A DNA stretch of 64,000 nt from an uncultured Phycisphaerales bacterium (lineage in GTDB: Bacteria; Planctomycetota; Phycisphaerae; Sedimentisphaerales; Anaerobacaceae), in the NCBI GenBank assembly GCA_963718665.1, contig OY970359.1:1152001-1216000 (forward strand). The letters run 5' to 3'. This document shows, piece after piece, positions 34,951-44,313 of the stretch (its first letter is position 1; every line of letters starts with the position of its first letter). The notes under the pieces are model-generated. The model did not search any database, was not told where the DNA came from, and worked only from the letters and a program-made list of their open reading frames with translations. Both the position numbers and the translations under genes were made by a program.

Positions 34951-35100
34951 ATGTCCAATACGGCAACCATAAAACAAACACGAGAGATTTTTATTTTAAT
35001 TTTAGTTTTGTGTTCTTGTTGCTATGCCTCTCACAACGTAGATTCCGTATCATTTCGTGGCGACGGCGAACCGTCGAATACCGTGATGGTGGTGTTGTAA
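34951..35100 (+). pseudogene. Truncated secreted-protein gene (49 aa), paralogue of the 35226 fragment
   Basis: MSNTATIKQTREIFILILVLCSCCYA-SHNVDSVSFRGDGEPSNTVMVVL*; not in the ORF track because it is under 60 aa. Confidence 0.5.
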
Positions 35101-35105
35101 AAGTG

Positions 35106-35203
35106 TTAGAAGTATGAAGTTTTAGCATGACTATCCGTTCTTGAGAATATCGAGAACTGATAGCTTTTTAACTTCCGATTTCTTAATTCTAACTTCTCAA
35201 TTC
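35106..35203. repeat. Inverted heptamer arrays (TTAGAAG/TATGAAG ... TAACTTC-like x5)
   Basis: 35106-35119 versus TAACTTC CGATTTC TTAATTC TAACTTC TCAATTC (35169-35203). Confidence 0.55.
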
Positions 35204-35225
35204 TTGCCGTGTGCTAAAGAAAAAA

Positions 35226-35446
35226 ATGAGAAAATTTATGCTGTTTTTATTATTTGTTATTTCCCCTGTTTTGGGCAATGCCAAGGCCGATTATGATGTA
35301 AATGATGTCTTGATCAGGGGCGATTCGACATTAATGAACACGAGAATAGAAAGCTCTTATTTTGCAGATGGAGCATTTTTAGTTGTTACCACCGGTGCAC
35401 GGAAAAGCTAAGCAGCAATGTAATATATTTGGGTGTTATTAAGTAA
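35226..35446 (+). pseudogene. Truncated secreted-protein gene joined out of frame to the 3' end of another gene
   Basis: Signal peptide + DYDVNDVLIRGDSTLMNT..; another frame reads EKLSSNVIYLGVIK* and ends in a TAATG overlap with the next ATG. Confidence 0.5.
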
Positions 35447-35891
35447 TGAACAACAAAACACAAGAAGCGAATAAAAACAATGAGACATTCGATGACAATG
35501 AGAATGTACAATTATATCATGGTTTAGAATTGGATGATTATCCCGCCAGAGGTCAAATGGTTTTTATCGCGGCGGTAATGTTTTTAGCCAGCCATTTTTA
35601 TGCTATTCCTTTCATCAAGACTCCATTGGGCTACACGACATACATGCGGCTCGACGACATTATGGCTGTTGTGTTGTTTTTCGCTGTTGTCTTCGGAGCC
35701 AAAAATAATTATCCTGCCCTGAAAACTAAAGCAGGCAAATTGCTAAGATTGGTCGTTATAGGAGCGTTTTCTTTATTTATTGTTACCGGTTTTTTTTCGG
35801 CGGTAGGCAAGGCAAGGTTTGTAATGTTCCTAAGTTGTGGGACGGCAAGGCCGCCCAGAGGATCAGCAAAATAATAGAACAGGTGCCGTAA
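35446..35891 (+). pseudogene. Deletion chimera: Wzy/O-antigen-ligase-like 5' end joined out of frame to a UDP-GlcNAc 2-epimerase (wecB-like) 3' end
   Basis: TM-rich N-part with MRLDDI; from 35799 another frame reads GGRQGKVCNVPKLWDGKAAQRISKIIEQVP* (stop 35889-35891). Confidence 0.7.
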
Positions 35892-35961
35892 CTTCGTTAT
35901 GTCGTTATGACAATGTCACTGATTGGTTATGTACCAAAGCTAATATAAGGTTTGTTGAAAG

Positions 35962-36630
35962 GTGAACATGGCTATTGATGGATATATAAAAGAAGACTAT
36001 TTACAAAAATTTTGTGTCCCAGCTAAGCGGAATACTCGAGTTACTCTGGTAGCAATGATTGTTGGTGCCTTTAAAGATCGCGGATTCCGGGCGGTAATGT
36101 TATATCGGATAGGAAGGTATTTTCGAGTCCACGGCCTTGTAATATTGGCAAACCTAACCAAGAGACTTATACACCGACTATGTTTCTGTGAAATATCTAC
36201 AAGTGCTGATATTGGACCGGGTTTCGCGATTTACCATCCGTTCGGGCTGGTGGTTGGCACTGACGTGAAGGCCGGCAAAAATCTGACCCTCTCAATGGAC
36301 GTGGTATTAGGGGGCAACGTTGACAAACAACGGCCGGATGGCAGCGAGAAACCCATCTTGGGCGACAATGTTAATATCGCCGCCGGAAGTAAGGTTGTTG
36401 GCCCTATTACCCTTGGAGATAATTGTCTGGTTGGGGCGAACTCAGTCGTTATAAATAGTATGCCATCTGATAGTATCATTGCTGGTGTTCCCGCCCAGGT
36501 CGTTAGACACAAAGGACATAAAACCAGCATCTTGGAATACGACGGGCAGTTATACGATACCCTCCGCGACATTCTATCCCGCCTTGAAGAGATAGAAAAC
36601 AAACTCACCAACAAAAGCGGCAAAGATTAG
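35962..36630 (+). CDS. Serine O-acetyltransferase-like hexapeptide acyltransferase (CysE/WcaB-like)
   Basis: ADIGPGFAIYHPFGLVVG, PILGDNVNIAAGSKVVG, VGANSVV, AGVPA. Confidence 0.85.
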   Translation: MNMAIDGYIKEDYLQKFCVPAKRNTRVTLVAMIVGAFKDRGFRAVMLYRIGRYFRVHGLVILANLTKRLIHRLCFCEISTSADIGPGFAIYHPFGLVVGTDVKAGKNLTLSMDVVLGGNVDKQRPDGSEKPILGDNVNIAAGSKVVGPITLGDNCLVGANSVVINSMPSDSIIAGVPAQVVRHKGHKTSILEYDGQLYDTLRDILSRLEEIENKLTNKSGKD

Positions 36631-36653
36631 ACAGCAAAAGGAGCAGCCAAACC

Positions 36654-37990
36654 TTGTTAGCACGTAACTTCGCAACCACAACGGCCAGCACCATTATCGG
36701 AATGGCACTTGGTTTTATAACCAGTATTGTGCTCGCCCGGACCCTTGGCTCCGAACTGCGCGGCGTGTATGCACTGGCCATTCTCATTCCAACCACAATA
36801 TATGCTTTTGGCACCTTTGGTATCTCGACTTCCCATATTGTCTATGCAGCCAAGATGCCGGAGAAACGTGGAGCAATAGCGTTTCAATCCCTCGCTTTTC
36901 CCGCTGTCATTGGTCTGCTGACGCTCGCACTTTATGCATACCTCTTAATCGCTCAACCATCCTGGTTTCAAAGGTTTCAGGTGGTTGGAGCTTTTAATCT
37001 TCTACTGGCATCTTTTTTGGTCTTTATAAATCTGGCTATGATATGCCTTCGCTCAGGTATCCTGGCGCAAATCGCATCAACGTAATAAACACGGGCACGG
37101 TATTGCTGCCCCTGAGTCAAATTGTCTTTATTCTAATTTTCGTGGCTGCCCTTAAGCTCGGTGTCATGGGTGGGATAATATCGCAACTGGGCTGTTTTGG
37201 AGTTTTACTGCTATACATGCTTTATGCGACGGCATCAGAGGTGCCCGTTAAATTATGGCGACCTGATTTTAATTTTTTCAAGAAGACTTTCGCCCTGGGG
37301 ATTAAGGTGCACCTGAATAACGCGGCGTGGTTTGTGGTGCACTCGACCGACCAATATCTGATTGCGTATCTTCTGCCGAATTCGAACAAGGCCTTGGGAA
37401 ATTATACGGTGGCAATGCAGTTTTCACTGGCATTGTGGCTTTTGCCCCAGTCCCTACAAACCGCCTTTTTGCCGCATTTATCCGTTGTGAAAGAATGTGA
37501 CAGAGCTGTTCTTGCGGCTCGAACAAGTCGGATTTTGTTTATAGCGTTGCTGCTTGTGACAGTGGTATCAGGAATCGGTGCTCCTTTAATTCCGATTATT
37601 TTCGGGGCAGATTTTAAAGACGCGATATGGCCGTTTATATTGCTTCTGCCCGGTATATTCTTTTTCGGATGCACCAGGCCGATGGACTCATATCTTACTC
37701 ATTCGGAGAAACCTCTTTATGGGGCGGCTAACGCCTGGATAGGTGCCGTTGCAAACGTGCTGTTGAATCTGTATTTTATCCCTCGAATGGGTATTGCTGG
37801 GGCGGCTTTGGCTTCGACTATCTCGATAACTATTATGGCCATAATAACCGTCGGCTGCTTTGCATTTGAAACAAAAATACCCTGCCGACAGTTAATACTG
37901 AAGAGATCGGATTTCATAGAAAGCTCTAACATCACAATTTCTCTTTTGAGTAAATTTTCCCGCCGGTTTGTATATAAGGGATTACGCTAA
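36654..37990 (+). pseudogene. wzx: Polysaccharide flippase split by a 1-nt frameshift near 37064
   Basis: LARTLGSELRGVYAL in ORF1 and a flippase C-half (LIPRMGIAGAALAS-like) in ORF2; adding one G to ATCCTGGCGCAAAT restores ..SGILGANRIN.. Confidence 0.8.
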
Positions 37991-37992
37991 TT

Positions 37993-38649
37993 ATGGGCGT
38001 AACTGTCACTAAAATTATAAAATTTATAAGTGAGCACGGTTTTCTGGAATTTTTGAAAAGCGGGTTCAGGCATTTGAGGGTATTCGTTTTCTCGTACAGA
38101 CCGGTCTATATTTACGGAACTTCCAGTCTACCCTCCTATAGTTTGGAACCCCGCTGTCCCTTGGAAATACGTAAAGGTACGGAGCAGGATACAAATTTTA
38201 TTCTGGAATTGATGAATTATATGGACCATTCCGTTGCGCTGCGCCGCATCAAGGACGAATTTAACCAGGGCAATAAGCCATTCTTAGCCTTTAGTGAAGG
38301 AAAAATCGCACATGTTTCTTGGCTGTTTCATCCCCCGAAAGTCAAAGAGACATTGGTGGTATTCCATCTCTGTGAAGGTCAATGCTCCATAGGAGCGTGT
38401 TTGACGAGCCCGGAATTTCGCGGCAGAAACATTTATCCTGTCGTGTTACAATATATTATAAAAGAGGTTTTTTCGAAAAACGTCAAGAAAGTGTTCATAG
38501 CAGTGGCTCCACACAATATCGCTTCTACAAGAGGAATTGAAAAAGCTGGCTTTGTTAAATTGAAAAAGATACGAGGATTCATATTGTTTGGGAAGCAGTT
38601 CAATCATCATTGGATCTACAGAGAGAAGTGCGTAGATCCGGACACGTAG
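37993..38649 (+). CDS. GNAT family acetyltransferase
   Basis: CLTSPEFRGRNIY, NIASTRGIEKAGF. Confidence 0.85.
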   Translation: MGVTVTKIIKFISEHGFLEFLKSGFRHLRVFVFSYRPVYIYGTSSLPSYSLEPRCPLEIRKGTEQDTNFILELMNYMDHSVALRRIKDEFNQGNKPFLAFSEGKIAHVSWLFHPPKVKETLVVFHLCEGQCSIGACLTSPEFRGRNIYPVVLQYIIKEVFSKNVKKVFIAVAPHNIASTRGIEKAGFVKLKKIRGFILFGKQFNHHWIYREKCVDPDT

Positions 38650-38691
38650 GTATTATTGCCAACTAACTGTTACTGTTGAATTGGAGTAGCA

Positions 38692-40434
38692 ATGATAGAA
38701 GTTGTCGAAATAGATTCATTTGAGCAATTGAGCAAGTACAGCCAGCAGTGGAACGAGCTTTTGCAAAACAGCGACACCAACGTGGTATTTCTAACCTACG
38801 AATACTGCCGGAGTTGGTGGGAGGTCTTTGGCTCTGGCCAAGAACTTCTTGTTCTGATGGCAAAAAAGCAGGACCGGATTATAGGAATCGCCCCACTAAC
38901 CATAAGCATCAGCAAAAGAGCAATGTGGACGTGCAGGGTCGTCAAGTTCCTCGGCTATGAGCAGTCTGACTATATGGATTTTATCATCGGCTCAGATAAA
39001 AAAGATGTTTTGAAAGCGTTCTATCAGTATTTGTGGTCCGCGAAAGATAGATGGGATACAATCAAGCTGGAACAAATACCAGAATATTCGTCAACAATTT
39101 CCTGCTTGCGGGAACACTTTTGCGAATTGGAAACCCCATTCTTCGTTCGACAAGGTAGTTCTTGTCCGATTGTACAGATAGAAGGACACAGAGAAGAAAT
39201 TGCAAGGAGGATGCGGTGCGATAAGAGTTTGAAATCGCGTTTAAATCGCATAAAGCGCACAGGCGAAGTTGTTTTCGGACATGTTGAAACCGTTGAAGAG
39301 GGGCTTTTCTACTTGGACGTTTTTTTCCAGATGCACATCAGCCGCTGGGAACATACACCAACTCCAAGCACCTTTTATCGTGGAGATTCACGTGTTTTCT
39401 ATCAAAAGTTGGTTCAGTCTCTTCTTCCGAAGGGATGGATGCGGTTGAGCTATCTTAAGCTGGACAGTGTGCCAATCGCCCTTCTTTTTGATTTCGAATA
39501 CAATGGTTCACGTTCCTCTCACCGAGGCGCTTTTAACCGCTTATATTATAAACATGCCCCCGGAAAAATGATTCTTCATTACGCACTTCAGTACTGTTTA
39601 GATAACAATTTACATGATTTGGATTTGTTAGCTGGAGAGGAGGGGCACAAAGAAGGCATAACTAATGAAACAAGACGCACTAATTTATTCTATGTTTATA
39701 AATCGCGGACACAAAGGGCTTGGGACATTTTGAAATGGCGAGGTCGTAAATTGTATTTGTTTGCACTTTTGTTTGGCAATGGTTGGGTTTGGCGATTCCG
39801 GATGAATCTGCGAAAGTATCTCGGCAGGTACGGAGTTCTCGGGTGCATTAAAAAAGCGGTTCACCGAATTGTTGCTCCAGTGTTTGATTTTTCCAGTAAT
39901 CTGCTTTTTCAATGGTCTGGCAGCAATTTGCCTCCCACTCTGACGGCAAAATGCCCGCTGGAAATTCAAGTTGGCAGCGACGCCGACCTTAATTTAATAG
40001 CCAGCTTCCATGGATACACTGAAGAATCGTCTCAGATAGCCGCATTGAAGAAAAGAATGGAGCAGGGCGATAAGCCATATCTGGCCTCTTGCGGGAAGAC
40101 ATTGGCCCATATTGCCTGGGTATGTCGGCGAAGAGAGGTTGAAATGGGAGAAATTTGGGGCAGCATCGCTCTGGGGGATAACGAGGCCTATATTATGGAT
40201 TGTCACACCAGCTTCATTTTTAGAGGCAAAGGTATATACCCCGTGGTTCTGCAGCGCATACTAAAAGATCTGGCGGAAGAAAAGGTAAATAGGGTATACA
40301 TAGGATGCAGAACTTCCAACGTGGCCTCGGTAAAAGGTATCAGGAAAGCAGGATTTTCACCCGCCAAGAAAATCCGTGCTGTCAGATTGTTTGGCAGGAA
40401 AGTAGGCCCAAAAACAGTCCGGGCACGAACGTAA
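38692..40434 (+). CDS. CelD/BcsL-type GNAT fused to a second GNAT domain
   Basis: VFLTYEYCRSWW, IGIAPL, SDYMDFI, APGKMIL..DLLAGEEGHK; C-terminal FRGKGIY..NVASVKGIRKAGF. Confidence 0.85.
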   Translation: MIEVVEIDSFEQLSKYSQQWNELLQNSDTNVVFLTYEYCRSWWEVFGSGQELLVLMAKKQDRIIGIAPLTISISKRAMWTCRVVKFLGYEQSDYMDFIIGSDKKDVLKAFYQYLWSAKDRWDTIKLEQIPEYSSTISCLREHFCELETPFFVRQGSSCPIVQIEGHREEIARRMRCDKSLKSRLNRIKRTGEVVFGHVETVEEGLFYLDVFFQMHISRWEHTPTPSTFYRGDSRVFYQKLVQSLLPKGWMRLSYLKLDSVPIALLFDFEYNGSRSSHRGAFNRLYYKHAPGKMILHYALQYCLDNNLHDLDLLAGEEGHKEGITNETRRTNLFYVYKSRTQRAWDILKWRGRKLYLFALLFGNGWVWRFRMNLRKYLGRYGVLGCIKKAVHRIVAPVFDFSSNLLFQWSGSNLPPTLTAKCPLEIQVGSDADLNLIASFHGYTEESSQIAALKKRMEQGDKPYLASCGKTLAHIAWVCRRREVEMGEIWGSIALGDNEAYIMDCHTSFIFRGKGIYPVVLQRILKDLAEEKVNRVYIGCRTSNVASVKGIRKAGFSPAKKIRAVRLFGRKVGPKTVRART

Positions 40435-40493
40435 TAAACTATGGGAGTTATCAAAAAGGCACAGATTTTCTCTCGCGTCCTGCACAAAATGGA

Positions 40494-41642
40494 ATGGCAG
40501 CGGTCGTTCGCAGGGTTCGCAAATCACAACGGTTGCGATGGTACCGTCGCCGTGGGCGAATACTGAACTACCGATATGGCTGGCGCACCAAACGGCTAAT
40601 ACTGGTCATCGAGAGCGATGATTGGGGCGCTGAACATATTCCCGGGCCAAAAGCGTTTGAGAAGATGAAGAAAACGGGGCTCCTTTGCAGCGACTCGCAC
40701 GGTATGTATGACGGCCTGGAAACCGCGGATGACATTGACAAGTTATGTGATATTCTTAGCAGTCACAAAGACAGCGACGGTAATCCGGCCGTGATAACAG
40801 CTAATTTCATAATGGCGAACCCCGATTTTTCGGCCATCAGAGAATCTCATTATTCCAACTTCAAGGCAAAACCCATCGACGTCGGCTGGAGCCACGAACC
40901 AACCGTCAAAACTTTATGGCAGAAATATCGTACAGGCATAAACTGCGGCCTGATTGTTCCGCAACTTCACGGAATATATCATTTTTGCCCAGCTGAATGG
41001 ATGGAAAGGTTGCGTCAGCAAGACCCGGCAACGTTGCAGGCCTTTTATTTGCAAATGATAGGCGAAAAAGAAGATGCTGCCGGAATTGGGGTTCAAAGTA
41101 TGGCGCCAATCTATCATGGAACCGCCGAGGCCATAAAGCAATTCGTTGCCGACGGCACTCAGACTTTCAAGCGTATCTTCGGAATGAATAGCGTCACCAC
41201 GATTGCCCCATGTTATGCCTGGCGCAGCCGGGAAACAGAGGAATCGCTTCTGACGCACAATATTTGCGCGATGCAAGGCAGAGAGTACCAATATCTTCCC
41301 GATGGCGGCGTAAAGCTGCATTATACGGGGGAGCGCGACCCCGGTGGAATGCTTTACCTCGTCAGGAATTGCATGCTTGAGCCCATCTCGGCCGGCACCA
41401 CTGTTGAGCAATGCGTCGGCCAAATCTCATGGGCTTTTCAACATAATTTTGCGGCGATACTCTGCTCACACCGACTAAATTATACCTCCAGAGTCTCAAC
41501 TGATACCCGGGATAAAGGGCTGATGGTATTAGATGGCGTTTTGAAACAGGTAAAACAAAAATTCAGTAACGTTGAATTCCTGAGCAGCGATAAACTGGCA
41601 TTGAGAATCCTGTCGCAAAAGCAAACAGACAACTCGGTATAG
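40494..41642 (+). CDS. Polysaccharide (de)acetylase-like protein
   Basis: LVIESDDWG, D.DGNPAVITANFIMANPDF, PQLHG..H, SHRLNY; true start may be 40441 with a 1-nt frameshift. Confidence 0.7.
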   Translation: MAAVVRRVRKSQRLRWYRRRGRILNYRYGWRTKRLILVIESDDWGAEHIPGPKAFEKMKKTGLLCSDSHGMYDGLETADDIDKLCDILSSHKDSDGNPAVITANFIMANPDFSAIRESHYSNFKAKPIDVGWSHEPTVKTLWQKYRTGINCGLIVPQLHGIYHFCPAEWMERLRQQDPATLQAFYLQMIGEKEDAAGIGVQSMAPIYHGTAEAIKQFVADGTQTFKRIFGMNSVTTIAPCYAWRSRETEESLLTHNICAMQGREYQYLPDGGVKLHYTGERDPGGMLYLVRNCMLEPISAGTTVEQCVGQISWAFQHNFAAILCSHRLNYTSRVSTDTRDKGLMVLDGVLKQVKQKFSNVEFLSSDKLALRILSQKQTDNSV

Positions 41643-41667
41643 TTTTAACCTTTGGGTTTCAGAATAA

Positions 41668-42849
41668 ATGAAATTTGTGCTTTTTGATTTCTTTATACAC
41701 TTTGGCGGGGCACCCCAGCTCGCGGCAGACACTATCAAGCGTTTGGCGGCAGATAATGAGGTTGAAGTTGTGAATGTCTACGGAGTCTGCCAGGAATATC
41801 TGAAAACGCTGGAAGATGCTGGCATAAGAACGCATGTATTAGTTCCAGAGGTCAAAAACGTTATTATCGGTTATCAAAATAATAAGGTATGTCGACTTTG
41901 GGAACTGATTCGCCGAATACCGCTTTTTTGGCGATTAAGAAAGAGATTGATTCGAAAGATTCTGGGAATTAATCCTGATGTGATTTGGACAACCTCTGAC
42001 CATGCCCTGTTGTTCTTAATGCTTAGCCCCAGCTTGAATCGTTATCCTGCGGTAAGGTATGATTGTGGTTGCCGAAAAGCTGCAGATATTCGTGGATGGC
42101 AACGGTTGGTAATGAAGAGACGTGCGGTTATACTTATGACCAGTTCAACCAAGACGGCAAAGCAGTTGCAGATGGTGGGTATAAAGTCGGAGAGAATCAG
42201 GGTTGTTTTTGAAACAATAGATATTACAAGTCTTCTGGAAAAAAGCAAAGCCCCTCTTGAAGCACCATTACCGGGATTGGAAAGATACCCACGTCTCCTC
42301 GTGCCAGCTACACTTCTGCGCACCAAAGGCCAGCACACCGCAATAAAAGCAGCCGCCCGATTAGTATCACAGGGGATTAGTCCGACCCTGTGGCTGGCTG
42401 GTGACGTGGTGGGTAACGACTACTCGTATCTGGATTACTTAAAAGGTTTGGTGAGTGAGCTTGGTGTTTCCGAAAATGTATACTTTTTGGGCTGGCGACA
42501 TGACATACCGGCGGTTATGGCAAAATCTGATATTGTGGTGCTTCCGACACACACGGAGGGTTTCGGGCGAGTAGCGCTCGAAGCGATGCTTCTGCGTCGA
42601 CCAGCGGTGACGACCCCGGCAGGTGGGATGAAAGATTCCATACAAGATGGATATGATGGTCTATTTTTCCCTGTCGATGATGATGAAGCATTGTGCAGAC
42701 AATTGGTGCGATTGGTTACTGACCACGAATTTGCAGCGAAGTTGGTAGAGAACGGATACAGAACTGTTACTGAGAAGTTCAACGCCGAAGCTCACACAAA
42801 AAGAGTACTCGATGCCTTTGCGGTCGCAATGGAATCTGTGAGTATCTAA
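41668..42849 (+). CDS. Glycosyltransferase family 4
   Basis: KGQH, FLGWRHDI, EGFGRVALEAM. Confidence 0.9.
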   Translation: MKFVLFDFFIHFGGAPQLAADTIKRLAADNEVEVVNVYGVCQEYLKTLEDAGIRTHVLVPEVKNVIIGYQNNKVCRLWELIRRIPLFWRLRKRLIRKILGINPDVIWTTSDHALLFLMLSPSLNRYPAVRYDCGCRKAADIRGWQRLVMKRRAVILMTSSTKTAKQLQMVGIKSERIRVVFETIDITSLLEKSKAPLEAPLPGLERYPRLLVPATLLRTKGQHTAIKAAARLVSQGISPTLWLAGDVVGNDYSYLDYLKGLVSELGVSENVYFLGWRHDIPAVMAKSDIVVLPTHTEGFGRVALEAMLLRRPAVTTPAGGMKDSIQDGYDGLFFPVDDDEALCRQLVRLVTDHEFAAKLVENGYRTVTEKFNAEAHTKRVLDAFAVAMESVSI

Positions 42850-42886
42850 GTTAACGCTTGTGTGAAGTTTCCAAGAGACTTATAAT

Positions 42887-44224
42887 ATGATCAATGCACT
42901 GATTATTATTGTGGTCACCGGCATGTTGGCGGCGATAGTTATCAGGCCAAAACTCGGAATGGTTTTGCTATGGCCGTTATTATTTATGTATCCACACTAT
43001 TATATGTGGCAGCAGCTATTGCCGTTGAATATAGGCTTTGATGACCTGTTCATTTGCATGATGTTCCTGATTGTTTTAATACGTCGAAATATGATGACCC
43101 TGGGGCACTTTAGGTTCGGATATCCATTCTGGAGTGCGTTGGTTTTTATATTTGTCCTCTTGATAAGTAATGTGAACAGCTATTTTATGATTAAGGCAGG
43201 GGGAGAAGAGATTTTAAAGCAGACATTGAAGGGATTTATAACTTTATTTTTGGTCTATAGTTATCTCAATATTATCGATGATTTCGAGGATTTGAAAACT
43301 CTTGTTTTTGCTTTTTGCTTTTTCAGCGGAATAGGTGCAGTGCTTGTTATCCTTCAGAACTATTTCCCTGGTCCTATGCAGATTTTTGTTTCCGAAACAG
43401 AGGTACGAAGAGCTTGGGAACTTGGTGAAAAAGCCCGCCCATCCGGGGCATTTTTGAATGCCAATAATGCTGCTGTTGTTTTGGGTGTTGGTGGTTTAAT
43501 GATTGCATCGACAATGAAGTTACCCGCTTTATATTTTAGAAAATGGGTACGAATTCTTGTGCTGATTCCCATTATTCTTGGTGTGATCGTTACACGAAGC
43601 CGGTCAGGTTTTTTGTGCTTGATTATACCCTTAGCAGTTATGGCTGTTTTTGGCAAAACTAAAAGGTACATATGGCTTATCATAATAGGCGGAGTAATAA
43701 TAGTATTGCTTGCTCCTACATTAACCTCCGCTCTTTTTGAAAGATTCGGTCAACACAGTGTTGGTGAAGGCGCTGGCTTTTGGGCTCCTATTAAATTTAG
43801 ATTTGATGAGGTCGTTCGTATGTGGAACTCAGCAACACTGCGCAGGACCATTTTTGGCCAAAACGCAATAGCGGACACTGCTCTCGGGGAATTGGCTCCA
43901 CATAACGCATATCTTGGTCTTCCTCTGGTCTATGGCCTCCTGGGCACCATTTGGGAGATCGCTTTTTTTGTCCTTCTTTTTGTCAAGTCCGGGCAAATGA
44001 AAAGATCTTCGTGTACTGCCATCAGTGTCCTCGGTGGGGCGATACGATGGTCATTATTATCTATAGCTTTGTATGGTATCGTCGGAGCGTTTTTTGAAAG
44101 TTATTACATACGATACGTTTTGTTTTTGTTGGCAGTGGTTGCGCAGTCAGGCAGTAAATTTGCCAGCGATTATGAGTTCACAGAGACAATTGATGACAAC
44201 TTATTGGCCGAGTGTTATACCTAA
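42887..44224 (+). CDS. O-antigen polymerase/ligase family membrane protein (Wzy-like)
   Basis: Multiple TMs, RPSGAFLNAN, TRSRSG, PHNAYL. Confidence 0.85.
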   Translation: MINALIIIVVTGMLAAIVIRPKLGMVLLWPLLFMYPHYYMWQQLLPLNIGFDDLFICMMFLIVLIRRNMMTLGHFRFGYPFWSALVFIFVLLISNVNSYFMIKAGGEEILKQTLKGFITLFLVYSYLNIIDDFEDLKTLVFAFCFFSGIGAVLVILQNYFPGPMQIFVSETEVRRAWELGEKARPSGAFLNANNAAVVLGVGGLMIASTMKLPALYFRKWVRILVLIPIILGVIVTRSRSGFLCLIIPLAVMAVFGKTKRYIWLIIIGGVIIVLLAPTLTSALFERFGQHSVGEGAGFWAPIKFRFDEVVRMWNSATLRRTIFGQNAIADTALGELAPHNAYLGLPLVYGLLGTIWEIAFFVLLFVKSGQMKRSSCTAISVLGGAIRWSLLSIALYGIVGAFFESYYIRYVLFLLAVVAQSGSKFASDYEFTETIDDNLLAECYT

Positions 44225-44313
44225 ATCCAAAAAGCCGTGTTCGCCTAAGTACATGACTTTCTAAGCCATTTGCCAGCGTATTGGCATAAGTTTTATCGTC
44301 GGGAGTTAATATA

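Noticed and set aside
34191..34970. 259-aa minus-strand ORF (and similar long antisense ORFs such as 29738-30487, 31652-32290, 3182-3790, 54204-54791)
   Set aside because: Shadow frames of well-supported genes on the opposite strand, with no motifs
35050..35076. CGACGG-CGAA-CCGTCG hairpin as group II intron domain V or an ncRNA
   Set aside because: No catalytic triad or bulge context, and it lies within a short coding remnant
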